Both the position numbers and the translations under genes were made by a program. DNA of 33,140 nucleotides from Octopus bimaculoides (Eukaryota). Location: contig NC_068982.1 of the NCBI RefSeq assembly GCF_001194135.2, positions 48,277,600 to 48,310,739 on the forward strand, written 5' to 3'. Position 1 is the stretch's first letter, and each line of letters opens with the position of its first letter. The notes beneath the pieces were generated by a model. The model saw nothing but the letters and a program-made list of their open reading frames with translations. It was not told the DNA's origin and made no database searches. This document shows positions 1 through 11,191 of the stretch, in pieces.

Positions 1-360
1 ATGACCCTCTCTGTAACTTTCATAACCTGATCTAACAGCTTGATGCCTCTGTAATTATTTGTATCTAAAGCGTCCCCTTTACCTTTGTAGCAGTTGACTA
101 TGATGCTGCTACACCAGTCATTGGGTATGACTCCTTCGTGTATCACCTGGTTCGTAATACGGGTGACTAGGCTATAGCCAACACTGCCAGATATTTTGAG
201 CATCTCTGCAGTGATTCCTGATGGGCCGGGGGCTTTCCCGGTCTTCATACTCTTAATTGCTTTATCTACCCTGGTACTATCAACTCGGATAGCTGGTCCC
301 TCTATTGGGTCGACATACGGCAGGCTCTCTTTCTCCCATTCATTCTCTTTATTAAACAGT
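1..360 (-). mobile_element. RTE-type LINE fragment, N-terminal part of reverse transcriptase (5'-truncated, runs off window start)
   Basis: Manual minus-strand translation is open: ...AIKSMKTGKAPGPSGITAEMLK...IPNDWCSSIIVNCYKGKGDALDTNNYRGIKLLDQVMKVTERV. It carries the KAPGP.GI and KG...NYRGI.LL motifs of non-LTR RT domains 0-2. Confidence 0.92.
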
Positions 361-871
361 GCTGTCAAGTAATACCATGTGGTGTTCTATTCATCTGCAC
401 AGTTATTTTAATGCACAGAGCAAAACTAATTGGTAAGCTCAGCTGAAATGTATCTAGAATACTGCATACTTTGTTAAAGATGTGTGTGTGTGTGTGTGCA
501 TGCGTGTACATTTATGCAGATTTAAACAAACCATGGTTGTCATAATAGTCAGCATAATATTCGGTCTTATGTAATTATTTCATACATTATCTTCAACAAT
601 AATTAATTATGTAGAAGTAAAAACATTTTTTCTAAAAATCTCAAACTATGAATAACTTTAAAATTCATAATGAAGTAAAATTTGTTGAAACTTTTAAAGA
701 ATATTGTCTCTTTAAAAACATCGTTATTTGCACTGTGTATGCAACTCATCGTCTCTTTAAAATTAATTGATTATAAAATGAAAGTAACTGAATAAAGTTA
801 TCATGGTTAAAAGGTTTCAGTCTGTTTCACCCACAAAAATTACTATAACCTCAGCATAGAGGAAGAGTTAC

Positions 872-1054
872 CAGCTTAATATAAGGAGTTATATGAGACA
901 CACATATGCAGTCTGAAACTATATGCGATAGGCTTTCTCCAAAGACTAAAGCATCCATGGAATACCACATGTTCAACACTGAGAGATAAGCTTTAACCCA
1001 AAAGGCTTTAACAAACAGGTTAAATGGATTATCAAATGTTTTTATAGTAGTCTC
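872..1054 (-). CDS. Candidate 183-nt coding exon (phase 0-0), product unknown
   Basis: Minus strand has tttccaaactgtctttctcaaactcAG before and CTG|gtaact after an open 61-codon frame (ETTIKTFDNPFNLFVKAFWVKAYLSVLNMWYSMDALVFGESLSHIVSDCICVSHITPYIKL). No homology recognised. Confidence 0.25.
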
Positions 1055-1360
1055 CTGAGTTTGAGAAAGACAGTTTGGAAATTTCTTGCTTAATAACTTG
1101 TACAGATAATTTTTCTTTTTATAATGATTAAATGTTTGTGCTGTGTATAAACTCATTGCTTGTACAAGTGCATGGTATGCAATACATCAGCTGTTGCAAA
1201 ACGCAGTCTGGGAATTCAACTCATCGTCTTGTCATTGCGAGTGCAACACCTCAACCACTGGATTACATGTACACTGTTTCATATAATAAAATCTCACAGT
1301 AAACAAATCACCAAATACCAAGTTATATTACAAAAATCCTTTCTAATTATATTGGAAAGA

Positions 1361-1524
1361 CCTGAAATTTTGGAGTGGGTGTAGTCAACTGGTACTTATT
1401 CTATCAACCCTGAAAGGATGAAAGGTAATGTCGACCTCAGTGGGATTTGAACTTAGAACATAAAATGCCAGAAGAAAAGCTGCTAAGCATCTTGTCCAAC
1501 ATGCTAACAATTCTGCCACCTTGC
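1361..1524 (-). mobile_element. SINE family A copy (tRNA head plus Deu/Nin-like central domain)
   Basis: Reverse complement matches the family A copy at 28343-28610. Confidence 0.8.
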
Positions 1525-1713
1525 TAAAAGCAGTAACTCCAGCTGGGCCTTTGTGACTGAAATATATGAAGGTTACTTGAATTTCCCTGTTCGCATTGCT
1601 AGAAGCTCTCTGTCTTCATTATTTGTTATCTTACTTTTGTATTACAATGCTTCAAGCTAACTACAATGTTCTGACATGCACATACACACACAAATATATA
1701 TACATATATATAG

Positions 1714-1865
1714 GATGGGCTTCTTTCAGTTTTTATCTACTAAGTCTTACAAGGCTTTGGTTAAACCTGAGGTTATTGTAGAAGACGTTTACCCAAAGTG
1801 CCACACAGTGGGACTGAACCTGGAGCTATGTAGTTGGGAAGCAAACTTCTTACCACACAGTCATG
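1714..1865 (-). mobile_element. SINE family B, 5' part
   Basis: Reverse complement of the gctgtgtggtaagaag...ggttcagtcccactg...gggcaagtgtcttc head seen at 5531-5930 and 12980-13350. Confidence 0.8.
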
Positions 1866-1871
1866 TGTGTA

Positions 1872-1916
<45 letters not shown>

Positions 1917-1926
1917 NNNNNNNNNN

Positions 1927-1986
<60 letters not shown>

Positions 1987-2845
1987 TTGTGGTGTCTGTG
2001 TGTGTGCATAAATATATATACACACACATATATATGCATACACAAACATGTAGTATTACGGGCATATGTCCCTGTATTCATGTATGTGTATTTGAAAGAA
2101 AGCATTATGTTTGTGTGCTTGTTAATGAGCTTATGTATGTGTGTTTGAGGAAGAGAGAGAGACAGACAGACAGAAAGAAAAAAACGGAGAGACAAAAACA
2201 AACCAATAGAGAAAGAGTAAGTGAGAAAACTTATCTATTCATCGGTCTGCAGGGTTTATTATTTATTTATTTTTTTTGTGTGTGTGATATAAGAGGAAAT
2301 AATTAATATATTACAAATAGAAGAACAAAAACCAGTATTTTCGTTTGTTTTCTTGCTTGTTTGAACTTTTACTTTATCTTTAAGAACACTTTCGGCAATT
2401 TTCAAAAATCTCAACTGCTTTCCTTCCATGCATAAAGTGAGATAACAAATTTATATGATATACAGGCAAAGCAATGCAAAGAATCAAAGATGATATCCTG
2501 TTCAGAATAAACACTAACTTTCGTAAGGACATTGGCATTTGGCTTTCAAAGTAAAATAAAAAATAAGCTCTGCAAGAATCTTTCAAGACATTTCTGTAAT
2601 TTTTTCTAAGCTATTTTTACCTGCCATATTTAATCAAAATCATTACTTCAAAATAAATAAATTACGAACAAAAATCCAACCATTTGCAAACATACACACA
2701 TACAGTAACAAACAAGCATTCTAAATAGCATATATTGTGCACAAATTTAATTTTTATTGCCTTCATTATTAAAATTGCTGGTCAAGTGCTCAGATCATCA
2801 TCATCATCATCTTCATCATCATTTTTTTTTATCATTATCAAAGCA

Positions 2846-2995
2846 GTGAGCTGGTGTAATTGTAAGGACATCAGAATAAATGTCTGCAGCATTTCTTATA
2901 ATGATTTGCATTTTATCTTTCCCGCACTTCATAGAATAAGTCCCAGCCAGGTTCTTGGGCTGATTAAATTGACTACACCTCCACTGAAATGCATA
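2846..2995 (+). mobile_element. Degenerate SINE family A copy
   Basis: gagctgg...ataagtcccagcc...gactacacctcc weakly matches family A. Confidence 0.45.
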
Positions 2996-3094
2996 TAGTC
3001 TTACACCAAAAATATATAAAACATTTTTATCGTTGCAGTATGGAAGACACAAGTTAGTCATTTAGAAACACACAAAGAAATGCTAACTTCATTT

Positions 3095-3247
3095 AAACAT
3101 TTAATGTTAGTAATATGATGTCAAAATTTTCATCACTTGAAACTGCGACCTGGTCTCTGACAAATGCACAGCACACTTTTGTCAATGATCAGGTTTCAGT
3201 TTCAAGCAATGAAAATTTTGACACTATATTACTAACAATAAATGTTT
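3095..3247. repeat. Long inverted repeat (70-nt arms, 13-nt spacer)
   Basis: 3095-3164 versus reverse complement of 3178-3247: 60/70 identities by manual alignment, no gaps. Confidence 0.9.
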
Positions 3248-3269
3248 CAGTGAAGTTAACAGTCATTGT

Positions 3270-3402
3270 CCATCTTATTTTATCAACTCCGAAAGGATGA
3301 GAGGCAAAGTCGACCTTGGTGGAATTTGAACTCAGAATGTAAAGACAAATGAAATTCCACTAAGCATTTTGTCTGATGTGCTAACAATTCTGTCAACTTG
3401 CT
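3270..3402 (-). mobile_element. SINE family A copy
   Basis: gaaaggatgagaggcaaagtcgaccttggtggaatttgaactcagaa...gctaacaattctgtcaact matches family A in reverse. Confidence 0.8.
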
Positions 3403-3839
3403 ATCTCAATAATAATAATAATATATGTAGCTAACTTGTAGTATCCAGGCTGCGATCATTTTAGTTTCAACATACGATCTCAGATCAAGACACCTGCCAT
3501 GCAAGTAAATCTCCATAACTTCTATCATTATTTTCATTTATTATAATATTAGAATATTATCAGTATTAAAAGCATGTCATGTCCCTGATTTGGTGAGCAT
3601 AGGTTCAGTTTAAAGTATTGGGCTGAATAAAGATACATTTAGCTGCATTTAAACAGCAACCAAATTCCCTTAAAAATCATACCATATAATCTCAAATAAA
3701 GAAATATATATGGAATGATATAAACCCCGATGTACTAAAAAGATGGATATAGTCTTTCAGGGCTAACCAGGAGCTAGACAACAACCACAAAAAACATGGG
3801 TAAAAACATAGGAACTAATAAAAGAAAACTATATATAGC

Positions 3840-4222
3840 TTTTACTTGTCTTAATCATTGGGCTGCAGCTATATCGAACACTATCATTGTGGGTTTAGTC
3901 AAACAAATCAACTCTAGGACTCTTCTTTTTAAAGCTCAGTACTTATTCTATTGATCTCTTTTACCAAACCACTAAGTTACAGGAATGTAGACAAACCTAT
4001 ATTGCTTGTCAAGTGGTGGTGGAGGACAAAAACAAATGCAAAGACGCACATACATAGATATAAACATATGTATGAGAGGATTCCACACAGTTTCTGTCTA
4101 CCTATTCCACTCACAAGGTTCTGGTCAGTGCGGAGCTATAGTAGAAGACACTTGCCCAAGGTGTCACACAGTGGGACAGAATCTAAGATCACATGACTGA
4201 GATGCAAACTTCTCAACCACAT
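3840..4222 (-). mobile_element. SINE family B, near full length
   Basis: Collinear in reverse with 5531-5930 and same-strand with 12980-13350. Confidence 0.85.
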
Positions 4223-4407
4223 GGCCTGAAATTTGGTGGGAGGGGTAAGTCGATTACATCGACCCCAGCATGTAACTGGTACTTACTTAATTGACCCTGA
4301 AAGGATGAAAGACAAAATTGACCTTGGTAGAATTTGAACTCAGAACATAAAGACAGATGAAATGCCACAAACCATTTTGCCCAGCATGCTAACGATTCTG
4401 CCAGCTT
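4222..4407 (-). mobile_element. SINE family A copy
   Basis: Reverse match to 28343-28610, including the gtcgatgtaatcgactta segment. Confidence 0.85.
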
Positions 4408-4427
4408 GATGCCTTTCAACCACATAT

Positions 4428-4610
4428 GATAATGTTCATCTGTCATTGTCGACAATGACCAAAGACATCACATGGGGGAAGAAGACAGGTCACAGTGCAT
4501 CTGGCTGTGGCTAGTCAGGCCAATGTGTGCTCGGAAGGTTCTGCCACAGGTCGCACACTGGTGGGAATGAAAGCAAGGAGTTGACTCTGGACTCGTGCAG
4601 CTCACATTTT
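4428..4610 (-). mobile_element. 3' end of an RTE-like LINE with C-terminal C2H2 zinc finger and 3' UTR
   Basis: Minus-strand translation HQCATCGRTFRAHIGLTSHSQMH (C-x2-C-x12-H-x3-H, the C..CGR.F.A.IGL.SH motif), followed by a short UTR ending in attatcat. Confidence 0.7.
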
Positions 4611-4758
4611 CTCAACCATATAGCCACATAATCAAAGAGCACCAATTTATTTAGATAGTCTATATGATATTTTAAAGTTCAAGTCTTTGGATATACCTGT
4701 TCTATTTGGCATGAATTTGTTCTTTTTCTAAATCCCATTTCCAACACAAAATATTTTG

Positions 4759-4975
4759 CCCTTTATTGCCTTCATTATTCTATCAAATGTGATGCTTTTT
4801 CATTCACATTGCTTTTAATTAATCATACATTAATTATCTCAATCTTTGAAAATTTGTGATTGTATATTTTTAAGATGGCATTGAAGGGTAAGTGTGACAA
4901 GCTGGATCTGGCTGATAAGAATATAAAACTGGTAGCATATTTGGGATGGATATGACCGCTTTAAATGCTAGAGGG
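4759..4975 (-). mobile_element. Degenerate copy of the piggyBac-like MITE (no insertion)
   Basis: Reverse complement is collinear with 22661-22840 plus 23149-23188; right end is tgctagaggg|TTAA. Confidence 0.7.
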
Positions 4976-5530
4976 TTAAGCTTCTATTACCTACGATAAG
5001 ACAAGTTGGACTGTTTTATAAATTTCAGTATTCACATAGATTATATCATGTCACTATGTGTTGTTTTGTGTTTTTTAAACTTATTTTTCAAGCTGGGGTA
5101 AATTTTTAACACTAAGCACCTGACCATAAACTTTTCTTTTTGACACATAATTTCCATCTAAATTTGTTGCAGGAAGCAATGTTGTCATATGATAGCCAAT
5201 ATATTGTCCAAGATGACATCTTTATTATGCTATAAGATAATCAACTGTTTTTTAATATCTCTTACTTCAGTGCATACAACTTCATTTTATTTGGCTGACG
5301 GACAAAACAAGTGCAGATCTGGAGTAAATATGTACTGTCAGATTCTATTTATTTAAACTCAAATGAGGATAATAATAACTGGAAATGGCGGATTAATAAT
5401 GTTAATGATTAGCTTTAAATTCAATAATAGAATGCATAAGTGAAAGAAATCTCACTGCAAAATAGGATGCTATTGTTTTAAAGATAATCCACTCAAAATA
5501 TCTGTAATGTGTTCTTAACTCTTAACACAG

Positions 5531-5930
5531 GGGACAGTGTGGCAAGAAGCTTGCTTCTCAACTACATAGTTCCGGGTTCAGTCCTGTTGTGTGGCACCTT
5601 GGAAAAGTGTCTTCTACTATAGCCTCAGGCTGACCAATGCCTTGTGAGTGGATTTGGTGGACAGAAACTGAAGGAAGCCCATTCTATATACATATATATG
5701 TGCATGTGTATATATGTCTGTTTGTTTCCCACCACTGCTTGACAACTGGTGTTGGTTTGTTTACTTCTCTGTAACTTAATGGTTCAGCAAAAAGACAACA
5801 GAATCAATACCAGGCTTAAAAAAATAAAAAAAGAAGTACTGGGATCAATTCATTTGACTAAAAGGTTCTTCAAAGCAGTGCCCCAGCATGGCCACAATCT
5901 AATGGCTGAAATACATAAAAGAAAAAAAGA
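5531..5930 (+). mobile_element. SINE family B, near full length
   Basis: tRNA-like head (gtgtggcaagaag...gggttcagtcc), central ggcaccttggaaaagtgtcttc domain, internal TA/TG tract and an A-rich aaaag tail. About 10 related copies occur in the window. Confidence 0.85.
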
Positions 5931-6133
5931 AAAAGATAACTCAAAACAAAATGAGTTCTGTATTTTCTGGCATACAAATCATATTATTCAGACCAAAATT
6001 TTCAGCCAGAAAAATGTAGGTTGGCTTATACATGAAGACAGCTTTGGAGGACCAATAATTCCATGTGAAATGCAGCAGGATTTGGAAAGATAGCGATAAT
6101 GTGTGGATGTTTACACTACATGTTTACTCAGTA

Positions 6134-6349
6134 TACTATGTTGAAAAGTTCCTGCCTTTAAGGCTATAATGAAAGGCCTGGTTGGAGGCCCAACCTTCCA
6201 AGTTCATTTATAGGGCTTAGAACAACTGAAGGACCACTGCAATAAGTGTGTGACTCTAAGAGGAGAATATGTTGAATAAAGTCATAATTAACTGATCCTC
6301 TTGTATTTTCTTTTACTCAAAGCCAGGAACTTTTCAGCACCTCCTCATA
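6134..6349 (+). mobile_element. Internally deleted mariner element
   Basis: Inverted repeats tgaaaagttcctgccttt (6142-6159) and the reverse complement of 6318-6335 match 17/18. Internal GLEQLKDHCNKCVTLRGEYVE* resembles the mariner transposase C-terminus (KC....G.YVE*). The right end is flanked by TA. Confidence 0.75.
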
Positions 6350-6597
6350 TGTTGAAAAATATGATACCACTTACTGAAAAGGTCTTTGCTGAAACTTTGT
6401 AAAAGATATTTCATTATGATTTACCAGTTGAACATCAATAAATTAGCCACTCAACTACTTTGCAGTCATTGATGAGTTTGTTCTATAAATTTATAATAGC
6501 AAAGACCTATTCATTTCCATTTTCTCCAAGAAACCAAAAAAGAAAAAAATGATTAATTCTTTAAATTTTGTATGTAATAATTAATATTTATGAAGGC

Positions 6598-6805
6598 AAC
6601 AAACTGACAGAATCATTTGCATGCTGGCCAAAATGGTTAGCAGCATTTTTTACATTCTGAGTTAAAATTTCTACCGGGGTTGTCTTTGTCTTTCATCCTT
6701 TCAGGAATGATAAAATAAGTACCAGTTGAGTGCTGGGGTCAATGTAATCAATGTAACCCCTCTCTCAAAACAGCCGTCTTTGTGTCAAAATTTCAAACCA
6801 ATAGT
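6598..6805 (+). mobile_element. SINE family A copy
   Basis: ctttcatcctttcagg..gataaaataagtaccagttgagtgctggggtcaatgtaatc core. Confidence 0.85.
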
Positions 6806-7310
6806 TAATATTCATGGAAACGTTCTGGGTAGGAACTGCCAACTTTGTCTACGTAGAGAGCAAATCAGCAGGTTCTTTTTTAGTGTGTCTAATTTATTAG
6901 TGTAATTATGTAGTTGACTATGATGTATGCAAACCATTAAGACTGTTAACATGATATTCTGATATGCTACTGCAACAGATATATGTGTATGTGCGTGTGT
7001 GTAGCAAACTAAATTATTAGTTCTGTATGTTTCTAAAGAAGACCTAAAACATATTAGTGAGAAGAATCCCAATTATTTTGGGGTTTACCAGTTTACTTTG
7101 AACAGTGGGATGTTTTCACATTGTGCATTTATATGTATGTGTGAGTATATATGTATATGTANNNNNNNNNNNNNNNNNNNNNNNNNNNNNNNNNNNNNNN
7201 NNNNNNNNNNNNNNNNNNNNNNNNNNNNNNNNNNNNNNNNNNNNNNNNNNNNNNNNNNNNNNNNNNNNNNNNNNNNNNNNNNNNNNNNNNNNNNNNNNNN
7301 NNNNNNNNNN

Positions 7311-7343
<33 letters not shown>

Positions 7344-7354
7344 TCCTTTTTGTC

Positions 7355-7460
7355 TTCTATTTTTACCTTTAACTTGTTTCAGTCATTAAACTGCAGCCAT
7401 GCTGGGACCCCACCTTTAAGAATTTTAGTTGAAGAAATTGACTCCAGGACTTAGTTTCCC
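7355..7460 (-). mobile_element. SINE family B, 3' part
   Basis: acttgtttcagtcatt..actgcagccatgctgg matches the family B tail in reverse. Confidence 0.7.
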
Positions 7461-8208
7461 AGTATTTATATATAATTATATAATATACATAGATTGTAAA
7501 CACACACACACACACACATACAAATATGATGATGATGATGATATATATATATATATATATATTTATAGAAGGAGAGAGATGGGGAGAGAGGGAGATATGC
7601 ATACACAAACATGTATATATGAATGAAAATTGTTGATGCGATACAAAAAGCTAAACGGAAAGAATCCTACTGCTTATGATAATCTATTGCATTGTCTACC
7701 TCCTCACCATCTACACCATCATCCACCACCACCACCACCACACCAGCTACAGCTTATCACTAACTATTACAAGTCACTATAACAATACACCTGACAATGT
7801 GGCTGCAATAAGAAGTAGTGTTTTTTAACTAAGACCCTCTACTATAAAACATTTTACTCAATTAGACAACTTTCCTTGGGGAGAACAAGTTTGCAAACAA
7901 GCTTTGTTTTCTCTCTTCAGGAATACTTATTTATAAGTGAAAAGAAACACTGCACTTGAAATAACTTGTACTGGAATACCTGCATGTGAATAAAGCTCAC
8001 GCATAAGGAGAATTCTATGTGTCTAGTTTGTAGTTAGACAACATAGTTATATATGTTTTGTATGTATGTCACATATATGTGTATGTTGATCACTCTCCCT
8101 CTGTTTCTATATATTTATATGTATGTGAATACACATACACACACACACACATATCCTTGGAATTTGTTTCCAACAAATGTCTTCAAGTTCACTCATATAT
8201 ATATATAT

Positions 8209-8247
<39 letters not shown>

Positions 8248-8334
8248 TGTGTGTGTGTGTGTATGTATGTATATATATATATATTTTTTTATACCTTTGG
8301 CATTATGGGATGCTTGAGAAGACCCATCAAGCTG

Positions 8335-8560
8335 ACCAAAATCACAGTAATAGCAGATACTGGTGTCACGGAAATTAGCACCCATGCTGGTGGCACGTAA
8401 AAGCACTCATTACTCTTGGAGTGGCTGACGTTAAGAAGGGCATTCAGCCATAGAAAGCCATGCCAAATCAGACCGGAGTCTGGTGCAGCCTTCCAGCATA
8501 CTAGCCCAGTCAAACCAGCCAACCCATGCCAGCATGGACAATGGATGATGATGATGATGC
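8335..8560 (+). mobile_element. SINE/retroposon family C carrying an RTE-type 3' tail ending in (GAT)n
   Basis: cacgtaaaagcac...gaagggcattcagccatagaaa...aacccatgccagcatgg...gatgatgatg is similar to the LINE 3' end at 12045-12260. Confidence 0.75.
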
Positions 8561-8605
8561 TGTATGTATGTGCGTGTATGTGTGTATATCTGTGTGTGTG
8601 AGAGA

Positions 8606-8647
<42 letters not shown>

Positions 8648-8657
8648 NNNNNNNNNN

Positions 8658-8961
8658 TGCCGGTGCCCCTGAACTGGTTCTTGTGTGGGGTTGTTGTGGG
8701 ATTTTTGAGCGGGATCGTTGCTGGTGCCCCTGGGCTGGCTCTTGTGCGGGTGACACATGAGGTTTCTCGAGCGAGATGAGCGTGGCCGTTGCCAGTACCG
8801 CCTGACTGGCCTTCGTGCGGGTGACACGTAAAAGCACCCACTACACTCTCTGAGTGGTTGGCGTTAGGAAGGGCATCCAGCTGTAGAAACTCTGCCAAAT
8901 TGGATTGGACCCTGGTGTTGCCATCCGGTTTCACCAGTCCTCAGTCAAATCGTCCAACCCA
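8658..8961 (+). mobile_element. 3' UTR of the RTE-type LINE, lacking its terminal ~35 nt and tail
   Basis: 8817-8961 is nearly identical to 12065-12209. Begins at an N-gap. Confidence 0.85.
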
Positions 8962-8965
8962 TTAG

Positions 8966-9390
8966 AATGAAGAGCAGTTGCAACAGCTTAGAGAAGCAAC
9001 TTCTATGAAGCAGGTTTCAATTATAATCCAGCAGTTCATTATGCAGATGATGCTAGAGTTTCCATTGGTGCAATGAGAACCGAGTGCATACATTGTAAAG
9101 CAAGGAAGTGGCCTGGAGAGACACCTGCACTGTGTTGCAGTGGTGGAAAGGTTAAACTCCCTGCAATCCCCCAGCCTCCAGAGCCATTGAAGAAACTATT
9201 GTCATCAACTGACCAAGATTCCCAGCACTTCCAAAACAAAATCAGACAATATAACACTACACTACAGATGACATCATTTGGAGCCACAAGAGATTTAACT
9301 GAGCCAGGATTCATGCAAACTTTCAAGATCCAAGGTCAGATTTATCATCGAATTGGCTCTCTACTACCTCTGTCAAATGAATCACCAAAA
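8966..9390 (+). mobile_element. Helitron Rep/helicase N-terminal fragment
   Basis: Open frame 8992-9390: YEAGFNYNP...IGAMRTECIHCKARKWPGETPALCCSGGKVKLP...PPEPLKKLL...IRQYNTTLQMTSFGA...TFKIQGQIYHRIGSLLP. The C.HC.A.KW..E...CC..GKV, MTSFGA and QGQ.YH.IGSLLP motifs are typical of Helitron proteins. Confidence 0.92.
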
Positions 9391-9675
9391 TCGGCCTTTC
9401 ATTGTTTATAATTTGTACCTGTTTTTTTGGTTACGAAATAAGCTGCACAAAACGTGTTTTTGAATTACATGTATTTATTTATATACATATATGAGTTGAA
9501 AACTTGATTTTAACATTTCACTTAACGTCTATGTTCCATGCTGGCATGGGTTAGAGAGTTATTAATGTAGAAAGTTGGTATCTCAGTCACTAGCAGTTGA
9601 GACCTGCAGAATCTAGACAAGATTTTTACATTTCATTATTCTCTTTAACCCAGACAACTCCGGGTATTTCTGCTA

Positions 9676-9710
<35 letters not shown>

Positions 9711-9730
9711 TATGTATGTGTGTGTGTATG

Positions 9731-9776
<46 letters not shown>

Positions 9777-9777
<1 letters not shown>

Positions 9778-9835
9778 TCTTTTATTCTTTTACTTGTTTC
9801 CGTCATTTGACTGCCACCATGCTGGAGCACCACTG
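9777..9835 (-). mobile_element. SINE family B, 3' terminal fragment
   Basis: cttttacttgtttccgtcatttgactgccaccatgctggagcacc matches the family B tail in reverse. Confidence 0.7.
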
Positions 9836-9968
9836 CCTCAATGGATTCCATCTGAGCCATACAAACATGGAAAAGCGAACATCTATCTACCTTTCTATCT
9901 ATCTATCTATCTATCTATCAATCTATCTATCTACCAACCTACCTTTCTATGTATGTATGTATGTATGG

Positions 9969-10285
9969 CAGTAGTTCTCAACCAGGGTTCATATGACCAC
10001 TGGGTTCCATATAAGATTTTTGAGATCCTCAGCAGTACATTAAGATATTAAGGGTTCATAAAACGAAACTGCTTTAGATGCATTTATTGGAAGAAACAAC
10101 CAGGTTTCTTTCTCTAATGCTTAGCATATTTCAACCTACATAAGTGAAAGAATGAATAATGATACAGGAATTTTGAAAGAAATATCTATGAAACTAATTT
10201 TTAAACATCAAGTGGCTATGGAGATTCACCAAAGTAAAATAATAATCAAAAGGATCCATAAGTAGAAAATGGTTGAGATCCCCTT
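9969..10285. mobile_element. hAT-Charlie-like MITE
   Basis: Ends cagtagttctcaacc and ggttgagatcccctt resemble Charlie-type CAGTGGTTCTCAACC TIRs. An 8-bp TSD is not discernible. Confidence 0.6.
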
Positions 10286-10917
10286 ATCTATATCATATAT
10301 AGATGCACGCTCACACTCACACACACATATCATATATGTATACACACACATTCATACATATATATGCATACATACATAAATACATACACAATCATGCATA
10401 TGTTATGTGTGTCATGTGTGTGTTATGTAAGTGTGAGTGTGTGAATGTGTCAGCGAGTGTATGTGGAGTGTGTTTGAGTAGGTTCACGAGACATTTAGTC
10501 TCGTGAACCTTCTTGACATCTGGGGTGTCCCCCCACCCTGTGATGTCACAGGGAAAAATAAAGCTTTCTATAGATAAGTAAACAAAGACCCATAGAGAAA
10601 AAACAAGAACAACCAGTTGTATTTCACAATCAATAGGAAATTTACACACACCTGCTCCACAAAGACTGATTAATAAACCACCACCAACCTACAAGCAAAC
10701 AAAATAAAAAACAAAATCTTGTACAACAGCCTTAAAGAATATAAAAATATTGTCATTTTGCCCACACCAAAGACTTATAAAAATACTTGTATATAACTAG
10801 ATTGAATAAAGTAGCTAAATGCCACTCAAAAGGTTTGTAGCCTGGTGTCTATGTTAGAAACCAATTTCATAATTATTATCATCATCATCACCATTATTAT
10901 TATTACTATAGTAACAT

Positions 10918-11191
10918 GGAGCTGGCAGAATCATTAGCACACTGAGAAAAATGCTTATCGTTCTTTTCATCCATCTTTACATTCCTGAGTTCAAATTCTG
11001 TCAAGGTCAACTTTACCTTTCATCTTTTCAGGGTTGATAAGCCAGTTGAGCACTAGGGTTGATGTAATTAACTTACACCTCCACCCACCCCTACAATTGC
11101 GGGCTTTGTGTGAAAATCTGAAACCAATATTATTATTATTATCATTATTATTATTATTATCATTATTATTATTATTATTATTATCATTATT
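10918..11191 (+). mobile_element. SINE family A copy with (ATT)n tail
   Basis: gagctggcagaatcattagc...gagttcaaattc...tttcatcttttcagggttgataa...aaaccaatattattatt. Confidence 0.85.

Noticed and set aside
1676-2306. Cluster of overlapping 60-147 aa ORFs; similar clusters at 7085-7454, 8053-8837, 9597-10051, 18063-18492, 26668-27061 and 31205-31503
   Set aside because: Translations are HT/CV/YI runs produced by CA/TA microsatellites and N-gaps.
2380-2586. 68-aa minus-strand ORF
   Set aside because: No donor site before the stop, no recognisable motif; expected by chance.
5268-5320. 53-nt minus-strand micro-exon candidate (ccag|ATCTGC...GAA|gtaaga)
   Set aside because: Short, no recognisable homology, and the phase does not link to other candidates.
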